Assembly: GCF_006345805.1 (NCBI RefSeq)
Contig: NC_043002.1
Location: 32,922,001 to 32,986,000, forward strand
DNA: 64,000 bases
DNA from: Octopus sinensis
Taxonomy: Eukaryota
Direction: 5' to 3'
A program made the translations under genes and the position numbers. The notes beneath the pieces were generated by a model that was not told where the DNA came from, made no database searches, and saw only the letters and a list, made by a program, of their open reading frames with translations. Below are positions 59,195-64,000 of this stretch, one piece after another. Each line of letters starts with the position of its first letter. Within the stretch, counting starts at the first letter, position 1.

Positions 59195-60110
59195 TACAAA
59201 GGGATACCCAAAAGAAACCTGAATTTAGCAATATTATTTTATTCACTTAGTTTTAAATGTTTACACTTTTATCGCCTTCAAAGTATTCTCCATTTGAAGC
59301 AATGCATCGGTCCAGACGGGTTTTCCACTGTTCGAAGAAGTGCTGGAACTCTTGCGAAGTGATGCTTTCTAATACCTTCCGTCGTTTTTTTTTTGTTTTT
59401 TTTTTACTTTCTTCATCTCTTCCACATCTGCAAATTCTGTAGCACCAGTTCTCGTCACCAGTCATGACCTTCGAAAAAGGTCAGGAGCAACTTCCAATTG
59501 GTCTTTCAGTTCACAACACACATTCAGTCGTAACTGCTTTTGATCTTCCGTGAGCAAGCGAGGCACAAATTTTGATGGAACTCTTTTCATTCGCAATTCC
59601 TCGCTCAAAATTCGGCGGCAGGAGCTCTAGGACACACCAGTCATATCAACAAGTTCATCCATTGTTCGGCGGCAGTCCTCCAAGATCAGTTCATCAAGTT
59701 CCATGGTGTTTTCATTCGTTCGGGAGGTCAATGGTCGTCCTGAATGAAGTTGGTCTTCAAGCAACAACTGATCATTCCAAAAGCGTGAAAACCACCCGTA
59801 AACTTGTGTTTTGCTCATAGCAGCAGCCTTGTAAGCTGTTTGAAGCATCACAACTGTTTTCCCAGCAGAAAACACAATTTCACGGAAGTACGCTGTTTAT
59901 TCGTTTCAGTCATCGCAAAATTCGATGAACAGGGGAGAAGGACTGCAAAACAAAAACGCACTACGTGACAGTACGACTTCAGCTGACGACACCGGTCAAC
60001 AGGTAGATGCCTGAGGGTCGCATCAAGTGGCTTCTAGCGGCGGAAGCGTGAATTTTAACGGGCTTGTCCCACAGAGAACATTTTCGGTTACTTTTTGGTG
60101 CACCCTCGTA
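59195..60110 (-). mobile_element. Internally deleted, degenerate mariner
   Basis: TA-bounded imperfect TIRs; MSKTQVYGWFSRF...SGRP, TGDENWCY, QWKTRLDRCIASNGEYFEG. Confidence 0.88.
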
Positions 60111-60284
60111 TATATAAACGCACATACTAGTGACCATATCTCAAATTCCGTGAAGAAAATTTTGACACCAAATAACATATAATAAATGTTTAAATGAGGT
60201 TAACAGTCTGTGTATCAAGCTGGGTAAAGCAACTTTTCGAAACATGAAATTCATCACAATATATTTCAACAATGCGGAAATTTT

Positions 60285-61097
60285 ATTCATTTTGTAAGTG
60301 CCATTACAATCAACACATTTTTGCCAACGAGTTACAAGTTTCTTTACTTTGGTAGATGAAGTCTTTGAACACACTTTCAGCATCGGTTTGATTTTTGAGA
60401 TCCTTCTCTCGAAGGAAACCATCGTTATGAAGAATGATTGGCTCTCTTCTGTTGACCAGTTTGGGACGGAGGAGTAGCAACTTTCCGTTCATTTTGGCAA
60501 TTTCATGGCACTATGTTTCTGCAGTAATGGTTTTTCTGGATTTTAAGTGCATCGCTAAACAGCCATTATGACCTTATTTTTGAAGAGCTCAGATTCGGTG
60601 CTTTATTTTCGTCCAACCACTGCGAAGAACGTTTTTTATTATTGTACAGAATCCACTTTTCATTGCAAGTTGCAATACGGTCGAGAAATGAATCGATCTG
60701 GTTACGGAGAAGAAGCGACGAGCAAATTTCATATCTGCGCATTTTCTGATTTTCATTCAAATCGTGTGGTACCCATTTGTCATGCGTTTTTTATTTTCCG
60801 ATTGCATGCAGTTTTTAGGCAAACTTGAAGTCCTTTTGCCAGTTCTCACGTGGTTTTACGTGGATCTTTCTTTAATTGACCGTCATCGGTGACTGATGGG
60901 CGTCCACTAGCTCACAGTCTTCAAGGCTCAGGTCTCCATTGTGAAATTGTTTAAGCCATTTTCAAGCTGACCACTCACTAGTCACTTCTTTACCAAACGT
61001 TTTGTTGATATCACGTGCAATTTCAGCCGTTTTATGTCCTTTTTTTAAAATTGAATAACAAAATTATTCAAATATTGCTCTTTGACAGTTCCATTTC
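60285..61097 (-). mobile_element. Degenerate mariner (cecropia/Hsmar1-like) lacking its 5' TIR in this window
   Basis: KWVPHDL, FLDRIATCNEKWILYNN, PIILHND, RWQKCVDCNGTY. Confidence 0.85.
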
Positions 61098-61099
61098 AG

Positions 61100-63180
61100 A
61101 TTATTGTAACAACGCTTTCTTTATTGCCCACAGAGGACCAAACATAGAGGGATGGTACAAATGAGGGAGGGGGTCGATGGTGTGCATGGCTTTTACACAG
61201 AGGGGAAAATTAAAAAAATTATAATATCGAATGATAAACAAATGATAAGAAAAACAAATACACGAACAATGAAGTGGGGGACGGGTTTTGCTTCGACCCT
61301 GCAAGCCCCGTGCCACCACTGTACTCTTTAGTATAACATTATGGATATACTATATGGGTTCTTTCATTCACAACAAACTCGCCACAGCCTTCCATCTTTT
61401 TCCATATACATTAGGTGACAGGCATTTTCTCTCCACCCTTATTTTCCTCTTAAGGTGGTAAATGAGATAATGGACAAGTCCAAGGCTGGAGATGAATGTA
61501 CCTATCACGATTCCTTTCATGCGGGTCTTCCATACTGCTTCTTTCGCTATAGCGACCACAGCGAGAAAAGAAGCCTTGCAAGAACAGTCTTTAATACCGA
61601 CTCGAAAGATAGTTGTACTCTTCTCAATCGTGACAGCAGATGTTCAACATGAACCCACATCTCATAGATTTAGGGGCATTGCACAATTGCGTGCAGAACA
61701 GTTTCCCTATCCTGCTCGCATCTTGGTCGCATGGGTGCGCAAGGGCATCATGCCTTGCAAGTTTATCGCGAACTGGTAAGGTTCCTCGGTAACACTGCCA
61801 GGTCAGGGATCCCTGGAGGTTATCCAAGGGTCCTAGTCCGAATGGCCTTCGGAACAGACTGGCTAGTTGATCGTCATCAAAGCCTAGAGTCTCCCCCAGG
61901 ATGTCGTCACACTGAGCCTCTACCAATCCTCTATAGAAAGACGAAATGGACCCCATCCCCTCGCTGGCGTTGCCCGTGTGACAGAGAAGCCTGAGTGCCT
62001 CACGATACGCCGCTTGCCAAGCACACAACTTTTGGTCTACACTTGATCCAAGGTCCTAATTCACTCAGGTAGTAATGACCGAACGAACGGAGACCACACC
62101 TGTTCACCATCCAGGTAGAGCCACAAATGCCTCAGCCTCAGCACATGTCTGGGCATCAGCAGCCAAGGTATCCCTAGCCCACCCTTTAGCGGGTGCTGGC
62201 AGTAGACGAGCGCTTTACAAGAGGACATCTACCCCTCCACAAAAAGCGTATGAGCAGCCGCCCCAACTTGATCAGCTACGAACGGGGACAAGGCACGACA
62301 GTTAGGTGGTAGGTAATCACAGAAACGATAAATACTCCTGCGACCTCCGCCCTTTCTTTCAGGGATATCCGCCGCTCAGACCGGGTCTGAGTAAGGTGGG
62401 TCACCCTACTCGTCACATCGCTCCAATTCTCAGTTCTTGTATAGCAGTACAAGTGGCTTGGAGGACCACCAACTTCTCATCTAGGTCCAACAGGATAGTG
62501 TCCACCAACCAAGCTACATCTATTTCTGAGGGTATGTTTTCTACCCTTACCTGGAAGCACGTCTTCCTATGTATATGGGTAGAAGCACTACCTCCTCCGT
62601 TTTTAAAGGAGTGTAGTCTGGCGTTAGCTGCATCTCGGAACCGCACCTCTACAATTCCAAACTTTCGACCTCTGTTGAGGTACCCAATTTCTCTCCAAAT
62701 TTGTTTCAATGTTTTTTTCAATCTATGCAACAATCATCACCTCGACTTTCCTGTTTTTTACTGAATATGTTCTATAAACTATCATTTTTTTTTCCTTTTT
62801 CAACTTGTAAAGCTTCTTGGGGAGGGGACACCTTCACTTTGTGTCCGTCTCTTCTCAGTATTTCTTTATATTTACCAATTTAATCTGGTTTTAGTGGTTT
62901 CTTGCCACCGCCACGAAATTTATTTTCGTGTTCGCACCGTCTAGGACCTTTCTCAGCCCTTTCTCCGAAGAAGTGAATTCTTAGGAGCTTAAGTTCTCAT
63001 AATTCATCATCTTTCTTTCAATCGGCGCTGTCCCCTTCAAATAAGGGGAACAACGGTAATCAATAAAAGCAAATGTCTCAAGACAACGATTAATCAGTGG
63101 TAAACAAAAGGCAATTCCGAAAGGGAAAACCTACAAGCAATAAAATAGATACTCAATTTAGCAGCCGAAATGACACGTCC
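61100..63180 (-). mobile_element. Tx1/L1-clade LINE relic with internal deletion (ORF1 start fused to post-RT part of ORF2)
   Basis: ORF1-like VRVENIPSEIDVAWLV; ORF2-like SLKERAEV...RFLWRG...PLKGGLGIP, WQCYRGTLPVRDKL (zf-RVT), AKEAVWKTR; no EN or RT core seen. Confidence 0.8.
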
Positions 63181-63194
63181 GTTCAATTCCAGAT

Positions 63195-64000
63195 GATTGT
63201 AACAACGAATTCTTTATTGCCTACAGGTGGCTAAATATAGAGAGGACAATACACAAACAAACAGGACAGTACAATGAAAGGGGGGAAACAAAAACGGATA
63301 AGAGGATCAATAGAATTAAAATAAAATTACAATGAGTAATGAAATAAAGCCGCTTGGCCCCATGTCCGGGTGACTTAATTTAACGTTACAATTATACGCT
63401 TTTTTCGAGGTTTTATGACAATTTTTTTAAAGAATTTTCAACATGTTAAACATTGCAAAATATCTCTTCCAATGTCTTGACTCAAAATTATAGACATCTC
63501 ACTGGTATATATGTTCCTGGCTAAATATTTAACGTTCTCTTCATATATTTTTAGTTGTTCTATACATATAGGGTCGACTATAATGCAACCCAAATTCCTA
63601 GGTACCTCATCACAAAGATACGTGTTCACCCATATTATCTTGACCCAGCAATGAATTTCAGTTATAACCCTAACATTTGTCTCATCTTCAAAAACGATAT
63701 GCTTCTCTTTTTCCTTTCTTTCTTCACAGGGCAGGGGTTGGGAAGTTTGGGGCTCTTGTGTGCATGTGCCCATTTTTTCTGTGTCGGGTGTGGCAGGGAG
63801 AAGATTGGTGTCTGCAGGAGAAGTGCGGAGCAGAGTAGGTTTGGGTGGGAGTCGAGTGTGTGTGGGATGGGGTTCGTCACTCACAGGCTGTCGCTTCTTC
63901 CTTTTCTTTCTTTTTTCCTACTTTTTCCTGTTTTTTCCCATCCACCTACATCTGCTTCCGCACTCGTAACTGCTGGAAGCTTCCTTCCTGCGGCTTCCTT
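63195..64000 (-). mobile_element. 3' part of a second element with the same 3' tail, carrying an unassigned ORF (63438-63884); runs off the window
   Basis: Tail ATTGTAACAACG..TTCTTTATTGCC.ACAG shared with 61103-61132. Confidence 0.6.

Overview
Repeat-dominated, AT-rich eukaryotic genomic DNA. The SINE families and microsatellite load look like an Octopus (coleoid cephalopod) genome; this is an inference from recalled repeat consensus sequences, not a search. One host gene is supported: a + strand Nedx/lms-type (ANTP, NK-like) homeobox gene. Its coding exons lie at 28149-28563 (eh1-like LSIEDIL motif) and 39946-40049 (ERKPRQAYSSKQLEKLESEFK, homeodomain residues 1-21, missed by the ORF track). 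A candidate non-coding first exon at 14510-14737 starts at an exactly spaced Inr+DPE core promoter. The rest of the homeodomain was not found and probably lies beyond the window. Everything else is transposon debris: several mariner/Tc1 elements and MITEs, piggyBac relics, a Helitron, RLE-type (R4/Dong-like), RTE and Tx1/L1 LINE relics, Penelope-like ends, at least four tRNA-derived SINE families, a tRNA-Lys pseudogene and long (TA)/(TATG) arrays. The most notable observations are an apparently intact hammerhead ribozyme antisense in the homeobox intron (two sense-strand ones are core-mutated), a SINE sharing its 3' tail with a Tx1-like LINE, an inverted intronic SINE pair able to form a ~410 bp dsRNA, and several fold-back palindromes. 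Nearly all long ORFs in the track are microsatellite translations.
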